A stretch of DNA of 64,000 nt from Dehalococcoidia bacterium (GTDB lineage: Bacteria > Chloroflexota > Dehalococcoidia > Bin125), in the NCBI GenBank assembly GCA_963663235.2, contig CAXXNO010000011.1, positions 64,001-128,000 on the forward strand, read 5' to 3'. The notes under the pieces are model-generated. The model had not been told where the DNA came from, made no database searches, and saw nothing but the letters and a program-made list of their open reading frames with translations. Position numbers and translations under genes: made by a program. Shown one piece after another: positions 52,718-61,278 of this stretch (position 1 is the first letter of the stretch; every line of letters begins with the position of its first letter).

Positions 52718-54121
52718 ATGCGGTACTCATCCGTCTTGTTCCCGGTTGCGCTGATCATCGGGGCGATGGCGCTGGCGGCGTGCGGAGGCGGCGGCTCGGA
52801 GGACGAGTCGTCGCAAGCCGACTTTGGCGTCGAGCCGGAGGAGCGGATCGAGGAGCCGCAGGTCGCGGGGGTGGCGGAAGAGCCGGGGGCGGCGGACGTC
52901 CAGGCGGAGGCCGCGCGTGAGGAAGCGGAGGCCCGAGCGGAAGCCCAAGCAGAGGCCCAAGCGGTAGCCCAAGCGGAAGCCGAGCCGCCGCCGGTGGAGG
53001 ATCTGCGCGCGGCCGTCCTGGCGGGGCTGCGCGTGTTCGAAGAGGTCACGATCTTGGAGATCGATCCGCTGGGGCTGCCCGACGCGGGAACGTTGCGGGC
53101 GGTACACGCGACGGGGATGGGGTTTTCGCTGGGGCCCGACGGAGGGGCGCCGGAGGCGCACTTCCTGGCGATCTACCGGGCGGAGGCCGCTTCGACGAGC
53201 TCAGGACGAGCGGCGTGGCAGCAGGTGGCGCGGCTGGAGCTGGAGTCGCTGCCGGACTTCCTGGTGGAGGACGCCGTACGGCAAGTGGAGATCGCGCCGG
53301 GCGAGGTCTGGTTCGAGGTCCAGGGGTTCACGGGGGCGCACTCCGGGGTCTACGAGCTGATCAGCTACGACGGGACCGCGCTGGAGACGCGGCTCACCTG
53401 GTTCAGTCCGAGTCCGGGAGCAGGCGAGCTCTCCGACCTGGACGAGGACGGCAGGCCGGAGGTGCTGCTGAACGCCACGGATCCGTTCGTGTTCTGCTAC
53501 GCCTGCGGCGTGTGGATCCCGTTCGTGGTGGTGTATCGCTGGGACGGCGCGGATCTGATGCGGGTGGAGATCGAAGCGCTGCCGGCGTCGGCGCCGGCGG
53601 AGGCGCGGGCGGCGGTGGATCGGGCGCTGGCGTCCGTCCGGGCCGACCTGTGGCGCGACGCGCTGGCGGCGATCGAGGTGGCGGAGCAGACGGGCTACGC
53701 GGACGAGACGCTGAAGTGGAATGCGATCCTCGTCCGCACGATCACCGAGTCGCGGCTGGAAAGCATCGAGCAGGGCGCGTACCCGCTGCTGGGCTACGTG
53801 TTCGCGGGGGAGTACGCGGAGGCGGTGGACTTTCTGGGCCAGTACGCGCCGGAGGAGATCTTCAACTTTGAGGGGCCGCTAATCGTGGGGACGGCGGCGC
53901 AGAGCTGGGTGAACGTTCTGGGTGGCTGGCTGGTGAACTTCGCCAGCCGGGCGGTCACGGCGCAACCGGATCTGGCGTCGGCGCACTTCCTGCTGGGGCT
54001 GGGCTAGTACTTCCTGGACCCGGGCAACGGCGCGGTGATCCGCGCATCGGTGGAGCAGGCGCACCTGCTGGAGCTCGCGGACGTGCTGTACGCGCTGTCG
54101 GTGGTGTACCTGCTGGAGTAG
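52718..54121 (+). pseudogene. Lipoprotein with in-frame TAG at 54005-54007
   Basis: LAAC lipobox, DLDEDGRPE Ca-binding loop, helical TPR-like C-terminus; the frame continues with normal codon usage for 37 codons past the TAG. Confidence 0.6.
53190..53213 (+). repeat. REP-like unit CTTCGACGAGCTCAGGACGAGCGG
   Basis: Shares CTTCGAC-N2/3-GCTCAGGAC with the unit at 44230; in frame within the gene. Confidence 0.65.
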
Positions 54122-54178
54122 GCGGCCGGGCGCGCCATGTGGCTTCCAGGCCGTGCGCGCGGTTTATCGCTCTCGTTT

Positions 54179-54613
54179 TTAGCGTACGCGCCGAATCTCT
54201 ACCGCCCTCACCTCAACATCCCAGCGACCGGCCTGCTCGCTCAGCCTGGCCTGTACTTGCGCCTGGAGATCGTTTGGACGGATGTCATCTCGATCCAGGT
54301 CCCCAATCAGCTGGCGCATCGTGTCCACCGCGACAGCGCGACAGCCCCCCTGGTAATTCTCCACTTCCGTCGCGGCCTTCTCCGCATCGACGACGCGGGC
54401 GTAACCTTGGAAGTCGATGGCTACGTCGCGCAGATCTTTGGTCACATACGTCTCTGACGTGCTCTCGAACTCGAACTCACGCAGATCGATTCGTAGCGAT
54501 TGCTGGAGTATTGGCCACACCCACACTGTTCCCGGCCCCTTCATACCGACGTAGCGGCCTAACTTGAACAGCGCGAGCCGTTCGTATTCACGCAAATTAT
54601 TGATTAGGGCCAT
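54179..54613 (-). CDS. Short SPFH/stomatin (band 7) domain protein
   Basis: EYER...FKLGR..G.KGPG, IDLRE, W.VEV..VEI. Confidence 0.75.
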   Translation of the reverse strand: MALINNLREYERLALFKLGRYVGMKGPGTVWVWPILQQSLRIDLREFEFESTSETYVTKDLRDVAIDFQGYARVVDAEKAATEVENYQGGCRAVAVDTMRQLIGDLDRDDIRPNDLQAQVQARLSEQAGRWDVEVRAVEIRRVR

Positions 54614-54680
54614 CGAGCAATCTTCCTTCGGTCGGCCGACGAGATTCTTCCGCCGGCGGCTGACGCGGCCGCGCGCCGGT

Positions 54681-55214
54681 TCAGCGACTGGGAGGGACGA
54701 CGCCGAACTTGCCGCCTTTGACGCGGTCGAAGAGGCGACGGGTTTCCTCGTCGAGGAAGAGGGCCTCCATGACGGCGCCGATGGCCGTTTCGGTGTCGAA
54801 GTAGACGAAGCGCATGCCGGGGTTGGTACCGAGGCGGCCGCTCTGAATGACGCCGAAGCCGTTGGCGGCGAAGTCGGCGGTGACCTTGGCTTCGTCTTCG
54901 ACGATGAAGCCGAGGTGGTGGAGCCCCTCGCCCTTGGTGTTTAGGAAATCCGTGTAGATGCTGCTGCCGGAGAGGGGCTGGACCAGCTCGAACTGGGTGT
55001 CGCCGGCGTAGCCGAGGGAGAGGCTGATGTGGCAGTCGCCGGGCCGGCCGCGGTAGAGGCTCTCGTAGATGGGGATGTCCTCGATGCGGAAGAAGCCGGG
55101 CAGGCCCATCTTGTCGATGAAGAAGCGCTCGGCGGCGACGATGTCGCGGACGACGAAGGCGACCTGGTGGTGGCCGGCGGCGAGGTAGGCGTAGGGAGCG
55201 GGAGCGTCGGGCAT
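54681..55214 (-). CDS. VOC family (methylmalonyl-CoA epimerase-like) protein
   Basis: HQVAFVVRD, FELVQP, GEGLHHLG. Confidence 0.85.
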   Translation of the reverse strand: MPDAPAPYAYLAAGHHQVAFVVRDIVAAERFFIDKMGLPGFFRIEDIPIYESLYRGRPGDCHISLSLGYAGDTQFELVQPLSGSSIYTDFLNTKGEGLHHLGFIVEDEAKVTADFAANGFGVIQSGRLGTNPGMRFVYFDTETAIGAVMEALFLDEETRRLFDRVKGGKFGVVPPSR

Positions 55215-55222
55215 GGCGGCTC

Positions 55223-57019
55223 CTAGCCGGACGGGGCGGCGGCGCGCCGTTGGGCGCGGAGTTTTTCGGTGGCGGGGCGGTCGATCTTATAGTCGAGGGT
55301 GCGGGGGTCGATCTCCTTGACGATGACGGCGTACTGGGAGCGGGCGGCGGGGATGGTGACGTAGCCGTCGATCACGTCTTCGAGGACGGCGTCGGGCGGG
55401 CGGGCGAGGGGGTCGCCGTAGCCGCCGCCCCCGCCGGACCAGAGGGAGAGCGTCTCGCCGGGGGCGACGGGCGCGTTGGAGCAGAAGACGCCGAGGGTGC
55501 GCTCCGACTCGGCGCCGGGGTTGGCGACGACGCCGCTGTGACCGCCGGGACCGCCGCCGAAGATGCCGGGCGGGCCGGCGATCTCGCGGTTCCCGACGGC
55601 GGAGATGGTGCCGGGGCCGTAGGGGAAGTCCAGGAGCTGCTCCAGGGCGAGGCCGCCGCGGGTGCGGCCGGGGCCGCCGGAGTCGGGGCGGCACTGGAGC
55701 TTGCGCCAGATCACGGGGTAGCGGCGCTCCTGGAGCTCCACGGGGATGTTGGTGCAAGAAGCGCCGTAGGAGGGGGCGCAGTCGTTGGCGCCGTCCTTAT
55801 ATTTCGTTGCGCCGAGGCCGCCGAAGGACCAGACGTAGTCGATGAACTCGGTCTTGAAGCCGGGGCGGGCGTCGGAGCCGGCGAAGACGGTGTTGAGGGT
55901 GCTGAAGGGAGCGCCGGCGCCGCGCTCGGGGAGGGCCTGGCTGAGGGCCCGCATCACGGAGCTGATGACGCACTCCATGGTGGTGGCGGCGAGGCCGGAG
56001 ATGGCGGAGGGGGGCTCGGCCCAGACGATGGAGCCGCGCTTGGCCTTGACCTCGACGGCGCGGGCGATGCCGGAGTTCATGGGTACGGGCGGGAGGATGG
56101 AGGCCATGGCGATGTAGACGGCGGAGACGGTGGCGGCGATGGTGCCGTTGATGCCGGACTCGGCGGGGCCGTCGCTGGCGGTGAGGTCGAAGGTGGCGTG
56201 GTCGCCTTGGACGGTGAGGGTGAGGCGGATGGTCTTGGGCTCGCCGGTGTACACGTCGGGGTCGACGGAGTCTTCGGCTTCGTAGCGGCCGTCGGGCAGG
56301 GCGGCGATGGCGGCGCGGACGAGTCGTTCGGAGTGGTCTTGCACGCCGTCCATGGAGGCGAGCACGGTCTCCAGCCCCTGTTTGGCGATCAGCGCGAGGA
56401 GGCGGGACTCGCCGGCGTTGATGGCGGCGGTCTGGGCGTTGAGGTCGCCGAGGCGCTCCCAGGACTGGCGCATGTTGGCGAGGAGGATGGTGACGACGTC
56501 GCGGTTGAGAACGCCGGCGTTGTAGAGGCGGATGGCGGGGATGCGGACGCCCTCCTCGAAGTGGGTGCGGGCGCGGGCGTTGAGGGAGCCGGGGGCGACG
56601 CCGCCGACGTCGGACCAGTGGGCGGTGGAGGTGACGAAGCCGATGAGATCGCCCTGGTGGAAGATGGGCTTGACCTGGTGGATGTCGTTGCAGTGGGTGG
56701 AGGCGACGTAGGGGTCGTTGATGATGTAGATGTCGCCGGGGCGCATGTTGTCGACGCCGATGGCGCGCATGACCTCCGGGACGGTGAGCATGGTGAGGCC
56801 GACGAAGCAGGGGGCGTCGTATTCGCCCTGGGAGATGAGCTTGCCGTGGCGGTCGTAGAGGGCGCCGGCGAAGTCGCGGCCCTCGTTGACGGGGGTGGAG
56901 TAGGCGCTCTTGGCGACGACGAGGGCCATCTCGTTGCAGACGGCGATGAAGGCGTTGCGCAGGACCTCGAAGGTGATGGGGTCGAGGAGGGTGGGGTTGG
57001 GCACGGTGGGGTTGGGCAC
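55223..57019 (-). CDS. Hydantoinase B / oxoprolinase family protein
   Basis: DPITFEVL, NDPY..STHCND, HWSDVGG..PGS, DSGGPGR.RGG, GGGGYGDP. Confidence 0.93.
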   Translation of the reverse strand: MPNPTVPNPTLLDPITFEVLRNAFIAVCNEMALVVAKSAYSTPVNEGRDFAGALYDRHGKLISQGEYDAPCFVGLTMLTVPEVMRAIGVDNMRPGDIYIINDPYVASTHCNDIHQVKPIFHQGDLIGFVTSTAHWSDVGGVAPGSLNARARTHFEEGVRIPAIRLYNAGVLNRDVVTILLANMRQSWERLGDLNAQTAAINAGESRLLALIAKQGLETVLASMDGVQDHSERLVRAAIAALPDGRYEAEDSVDPDVYTGEPKTIRLTLTVQGDHATFDLTASDGPAESGINGTIAATVSAVYIAMASILPPVPMNSGIARAVEVKAKRGSIVWAEPPSAISGLAATTMECVISSVMRALSQALPERGAGAPFSTLNTVFAGSDARPGFKTEFIDYVWSFGGLGATKYKDGANDCAPSYGASCTNIPVELQERRYPVIWRKLQCRPDSGGPGRTRGGLALEQLLDFPYGPGTISAVGNREIAGPPGIFGGGPGGHSGVVANPGAESERTLGVFCSNAPVAPGETLSLWSGGGGGYGDPLARPPDAVLEDVIDGYVTIPAARSQYAVIVKEIDPRTLDYKIDRPATEKLRAQRRAAAPSG

Positions 57020-57092
57020 GGTGGAGTCTCCTGTCGGGGGGATGGTAGCGCGGCGGGAGGGTGGGGGCCGCGGGCGTTGCCGGCCCGGCGCG

Positions 57093-59441
57093 CTAGGGGG
57101 CGGTCCCGCCCTCCACGAGGAAGACGGTGGCTCGGCCGCCGGGGAGGCCGCCGTCCGCGCCGATGGTGTAGGTCCCCGAAACGCCGGTGGGGGTAAGGGT
57201 CCCCTCGAAGGTCACGAGGATGTTGGCGAAGCCGGCGGCGAAGCCACGGCCCTCCGCGCTGAAGGCGCCGTCCGCCTGGAGCGGCCCGCTCACGGTGACC
57301 CAGGGGTTGGCCCCGGTGAAGGTGACGACGAGGCCGCCGTCCTGAGCCACGGCGACCTCCGCGGCGGCCGCGGCGGGACCGCCGGTCACGTCCACGTCGA
57401 TCGTAGCGGGGTGGTTGGAAGCATCGATGCAGCAACCGTGCGGGTTGCTCTCCTCTTGGTAGACGACAAACATCTCCGCCGTGAAGCCGGGCCCGATGAG
57501 GCTCACCTCCTCGACGCGGCCCATGCGGGTGACGATCAGGATGGTGGCCGTGCCTTCATCGGTCTCGACCGAGACGACATGCTCGCCGTCCGGGATCCCC
57601 TCCGCGATCTGGACGCCGATCCCGGTGTCGCTCAGGAAGACGACGGGCGCCGGTTCCCCGTTGATGAACACCATGGCGCCGGCCATCGCCTCGCCGGTGA
57701 GGACCAGGACGTTGTCGTCGGTGAAGTCGGTCGAGCCGACGCGGGGTGGGAGCGGTGAGGTGTCGGGGTAGGGAATCGGGTTGAAGTTGCCGGCCTCGTT
57801 CTCGAACAGGAGGCTGAACGAGCGCACGGGCATGGTGTCCCCAGAGAGGAAGGCGGCGTCAAGGAGCAGGGCGTTCTCGTAGGCGAAGTAGTAGAGGATC
57901 ACGGCGAAGGGGAGGTCGAACTCCTCCGCCCAGGCGCGCATGGCGGCGCGGGCGCGGGCGCTGCCCATCAAGTCGTCCAAGCCGCTCAGGAAGCCGCTGG
58001 TGAACTCGCCCCCCGCGTCGGAGGGGTTGGGGTCAACGGCCGGGTCGATGTCGAAATAGGACTCGCGGGTGTTCGAACTCGTGATCACGATCTGCACGTT
58101 GGAGACGGCGTTGAGCGCGCCAAGGAAGTTGCCGCTGAAGCAGGCATCGATGATGACCTTGAAGGTCTTGGTGGGCAGCCGGCGGATCTCGGCCGCGAGC
58201 CTGTCGGCCGTGAGCACGGTGCCGCCCAGGGTCACGTACACGGCGGCGGAGCCGTCGGCCCACTCGTCGCCGCCGTGCGTGGTGATATAGATGGTGATGT
58301 CGCGGCAGTTGGGGTCGTCGGCCAGGAGGCGGAGCCGCTGGATGAGCGCGCCAACGCCGTTGACGTCCGGGTTGACGCCCTCGCCCATCGTCTCGATGCG
58401 CTCGTAGCCCTGCCGCAGCCCGAACACGCGCCAGTCGAAGGCGTCGCGGACGAAGTCGTTGCGTCCGATTTCGCCGTCCAGCCAACCATTGATGATCAGC
58501 AGGCACTCGCCGTCCCCCACGGCGGGGGGGATGGTGGGGCCGGAGGCTTGGCTCGCGTGGAGCCCGGCCGCCGCCGTGTCGACGGCTTCGACCGGCGGGA
58601 GCTCCGCCGCCAGCGTCTCAACGTCGGGCAGGGCGTGGACCCAGTTGGCGGGGTCGCGGTACTCGTCCTCGTCGGTGAAGAGGTCGACGCCGTTCAGCTC
58701 GGGCCACCACTGCTCGTCCGCGGTCGTGACGTCGCCGGACACCGCATCGACCAGGACGAAGCGGGTGTCGTGCGCGAAGCGCGCGCCGGGTGCGTCGTCG
58801 ATCCAGTAGAAGTAGCTGATCGCGGCGGCGGTGAGGCCGCCGAGATCGGCGACCGAGCCGTCGGGCAGGAAGCGGATCCCCGGGAGCACGCGGTCGCCCT
58901 CCCGCAGCAGATCGGGATGCCGGAAGAGGAGAAGGCGCTGGTCCTCGGTGGCCGGCTGCACCACTTCGTCGATCACGATCTGGTCGGCTTCGGCGGGGGT
59001 TAGCCCACCGGCGGGAAGCTCGGGAGGTTCCGGGAGATCCGGGAGCGCGGGCCCGCCGATGGGGATCTCCTGGGCCTCCTCGGAAACGACCCAGAGGACC
59101 GCGCCTTCCGCGATCGAGAAGTTGGTTACGCCCAGAAGGGGAACGAACGATATCCAGGCGATCGCGGTGGGGTCGAAGAGCCAGGCGATCTTGACGGAGG
59201 CGAAGACGTCGGCGGCGTTGGCCGGGGCGAAGGTCCAGAAGACGAACTGGCCGCCGGCGTCCAGCGAGAGGGTGCCGTCGCTCGAAGCCTGAGCGACATC
59301 GATGGCCGTGCCGTCGTTCTGGCCGCCGGGGGGCTGGTGCGGGGGGGCTTGGGCGGCGCCGGGGGTCGTGGCGGCGAAGATCGCAACGGCCAGCGCCGCG
59401 ACGAGAGCCACCATCCTGAATCGCCTGATGCGTTGCTTCAT
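57093..59441 (-). CDS. Secreted clan CD (C13/caspase-like) cysteine peptidase, multidomain
   Basis: Signal peptide; ITIYITTHGG and VIIDACFSG His-Cys dyad; Ig/IPT-like C-terminal region. Confidence 0.75.
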   Translation of the reverse strand: MKQRIRRFRMVALVAALAVAIFAATTPGAAQAPPHQPPGGQNDGTAIDVAQASSDGTLSLDAGGQFVFWTFAPANAADVFASVKIAWLFDPTAIAWISFVPLLGVTNFSIAEGAVLWVVSEEAQEIPIGGPALPDLPEPPELPAGGLTPAEADQIVIDEVVQPATEDQRLLLFRHPDLLREGDRVLPGIRFLPDGSVADLGGLTAAAISYFYWIDDAPGARFAHDTRFVLVDAVSGDVTTADEQWWPELNGVDLFTDEDEYRDPANWVHALPDVETLAAELPPVEAVDTAAAGLHASQASGPTIPPAVGDGECLLIINGWLDGEIGRNDFVRDAFDWRVFGLRQGYERIETMGEGVNPDVNGVGALIQRLRLLADDPNCRDITIYITTHGGDEWADGSAAVYVTLGGTVLTADRLAAEIRRLPTKTFKVIIDACFSGNFLGALNAVSNVQIVITSSNTRESYFDIDPAVDPNPSDAGGEFTSGFLSGLDDLMGSARARAAMRAWAEEFDLPFAVILYYFAYENALLLDAAFLSGDTMPVRSFSLLFENEAGNFNPIPYPDTSPLPPRVGSTDFTDDNVLVLTGEAMAGAMVFINGEPAPVVFLSDTGIGVQIAEGIPDGEHVVSVETDEGTATILIVTRMGRVEEVSLIGPGFTAEMFVVYQEESNPHGCCIDASNHPATIDVDVTGGPAAAAAEVAVAQDGGLVVTFTGANPWVTVSGPLQADGAFSAEGRGFAAGFANILVTFEGTLTPTGVSGTYTIGADGGLPGGRATVFLVEGGTAP

Positions 59442-59542
59442 TACAAGCGCTCCCCACCCTGTTTCGCCCAATCGCGGTAGGTGGGAGGAAGGCTAGCAAC
59501 GCTTCGCAAGCGGATCAATCGCGCATGGTACCCGCGAGGGCT

Positions 59543-60244
59543 CTAGGCGATGCTGAGGAAGTAGTCCTCTACCTCGCCAAGGCGGGCGGGGCCGGTGGGG
59601 TCGAGGGCGCTGTAGTTGAGCTCTGGGGCGGCGCCGCCGCCGATGCGGATGTCCTGCGCCGTGTTGGAGACGATCCAGAGCACCGCGCCGTCGATGAGGG
59701 TGAAGTTGACCGTGCCCAGGAGGGGGATGAAGGAGGTCCAGGCGAATGCATCGGGGTCGAAGAGCCAAGCGATCTTGACGGTGGCGAAGACGTCGGCGGC
59801 GATGTAAGGCCCGAAGTTCCAGAAGACGAACTGGCCGCCGGGGAGCAGCGAGAGGACCGCGCCGCCGGCGCCGACAGAGAGCGAGACTTCGGTCAGATCG
59901 CCGCCGGAGACCGGCCAGGCTGTGGGGGTGGAGACGCCTTCGACAAAGAAGGTCACCTGCGTGGCCTGGCTCATGTCGATCTGGATGCCCCGATCTCCGC
60001 CAGTGATGACGTCGCTCCCGACCAGGACCCCATTCGCGTTGCGCGCCTCGATCAGCGTGCCGTCCGGCGCCGGCTGGCCGTCGATGAGGACGCCGGAGCC
60101 GTTGCTCTCGCTGCCGAAGAACTGGTGCGGGGGGGCTTGGGAGGCGGCGGGCGTCGCGGCGGCGAAGATGGAGACGGCCAGCGCCGCGACGACGGCGGCC
60201 GAGCGCAGACTGGGCCTGAGAATGCACATGGAATGGGTGCTCAT
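59543..60244 (-). CDS. Secreted protein sharing a domain of about 68 aa with the adjacent peptidase; GEVED-like tail
   Basis: Signal peptide plus QAPPHQ; GGQFVFW.F...AADVFA.VKIAWLFDP; ends GEVEDY. Confidence 0.7.
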   Translation of the reverse strand: MSTHSMCILRPSLRSAAVVAALAVSIFAAATPAASQAPPHQFFGSESNGSGVLIDGQPAPDGTLIEARNANGVLVGSDVITGGDRGIQIDMSQATQVTFFVEGVSTPTAWPVSGGDLTEVSLSVGAGGAVLSLLPGGQFVFWNFGPYIAADVFATVKIAWLFDPDAFAWTSFIPLLGTVNFTLIDGAVLWIVSNTAQDIRIGGGAAPELNYSALDPTGPARLGEVEDYFLSIA

Positions 60245-60516
60245 GGGGCGTGCTCCAAGGGGCTCTCGCCGTGCGTCAGAGCGGGCGCGCCCCAGATATG
60301 AATCGCGGCCGCGACACCAGAGTAGGCCAGTGGCCGCGCGGGAGCATCAGGGAGACGAGCCCCCGCTTGAGGTGGCCGCGCTGATGGCGGAGATCTCGGC
60401 GGGGGGATGCGTCACAGGCCATGTGCGTGGGAGACTATTAACTAAGTGGAAGCGATCTCTGGGCCTGCGGTCCCGGGTCGCGCGCCATACGGGGTGTAGG
60501 AACGGGCGGCGCCACG

Positions 60517-60795
60517 ATGACTGTCCGCGCACAGGAGCCGGTTTCCATTCGAACGCGCGCGGCGGCGCGGGACGAAGAGGCGGCAGCCGCCCGGGAGCGA
60601 ACGCGAGACAGCGGTCTCGTTGAGGCGGCGCAACGGGCCGTGATGGCGGGGCACCAGGGCGACCAACTCGGCCTCGCTAGGGCGCTGCATGACCTGGAAC
60701 AGTCGCTGCGGGCCGGCGTAGATGCGGCGGCTCCGGCCCACGCTTCGCGGGGTTCGGCGGTTGCGATGGTATCGGCGAAGCGACGCTCGATCTGA
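60517..60795 (+). CDS. Hypothetical protein
   Basis: 92-aa ORF convergent with the next gene. Confidence 0.35.
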   Translation: MTVRAQEPVSIRTRAAARDEEAAAARERTRDSGLVEAAQRAVMAGHQGDQLGLARALHDLEQSLRAGVDAAAPAHASRGSAVAMVSAKRRSI

Positions 60796-60828
60796 CGTCT
60801 CGTGCCTGCAGCCGCTTACCGCACCCGA

Positions 60829-61137
60829 CTAGGGACGAGCGCTGCCGCCGCCACGTACCCAGCCACCAATCGCGCCTCCCACCACCGCGCCAGCGAGTGC
60901 GGCCACGACGCCGAAGAGGGCGAGGTCGGGCGAGGGTGGCGGCGGCTCGTCGGGCTTGGCGGCGATGAGCCGCAGGACCTCGTCGATTGACTCGATCACG
61001 GCGACGAAGCGCTCGCTCTCATCGACCATCTTGATGCGGGTTCCGCCGCCGGGAACGTCCCGGAATGACGTGATGTGCGAGACGTTGAGGTAGTCCACGG
61101 TGCTGTCGCTGGCGCGGGTGAGGGGAATGAAATCCAT
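60829..61137 (-). CDS. Small hypothetical membrane-anchored protein
   Basis: GGAGG RBS; YLNVSHI...V.ESIDEV small beta domain plus C-terminal TM segment. Confidence 0.6.
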   Translation of the reverse strand: MDFIPLTRASDSTVDYLNVSHITSFRDVPGGGTRIKMVDESERFVAVIESIDEVLRLIAAKPDEPPPPSPDLALFGVVAALAGAVVGGAIGGWVRGGGSARP

Positions 61138-61278
61138 GACGTCCTGCCTCCCAAGAGTGAGGGTATCCCAGTGGGAGTCGCTCCACCGGCGGGAGAGGTC
61201 GTCGGGGGCTTGCGGCGGCTTTTGGGGTTTCCGGCAGGCCAGGCTCGGCATGAGGCGGGGGGTCTCGCGCGACGGGCG

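Noticed and set aside
59288-59305. Third REP-like unit (minus strand ATCGATGTCGCTCAGG)
   Set aside because: It has several mismatches and no flanking duplication, so it could be chance.
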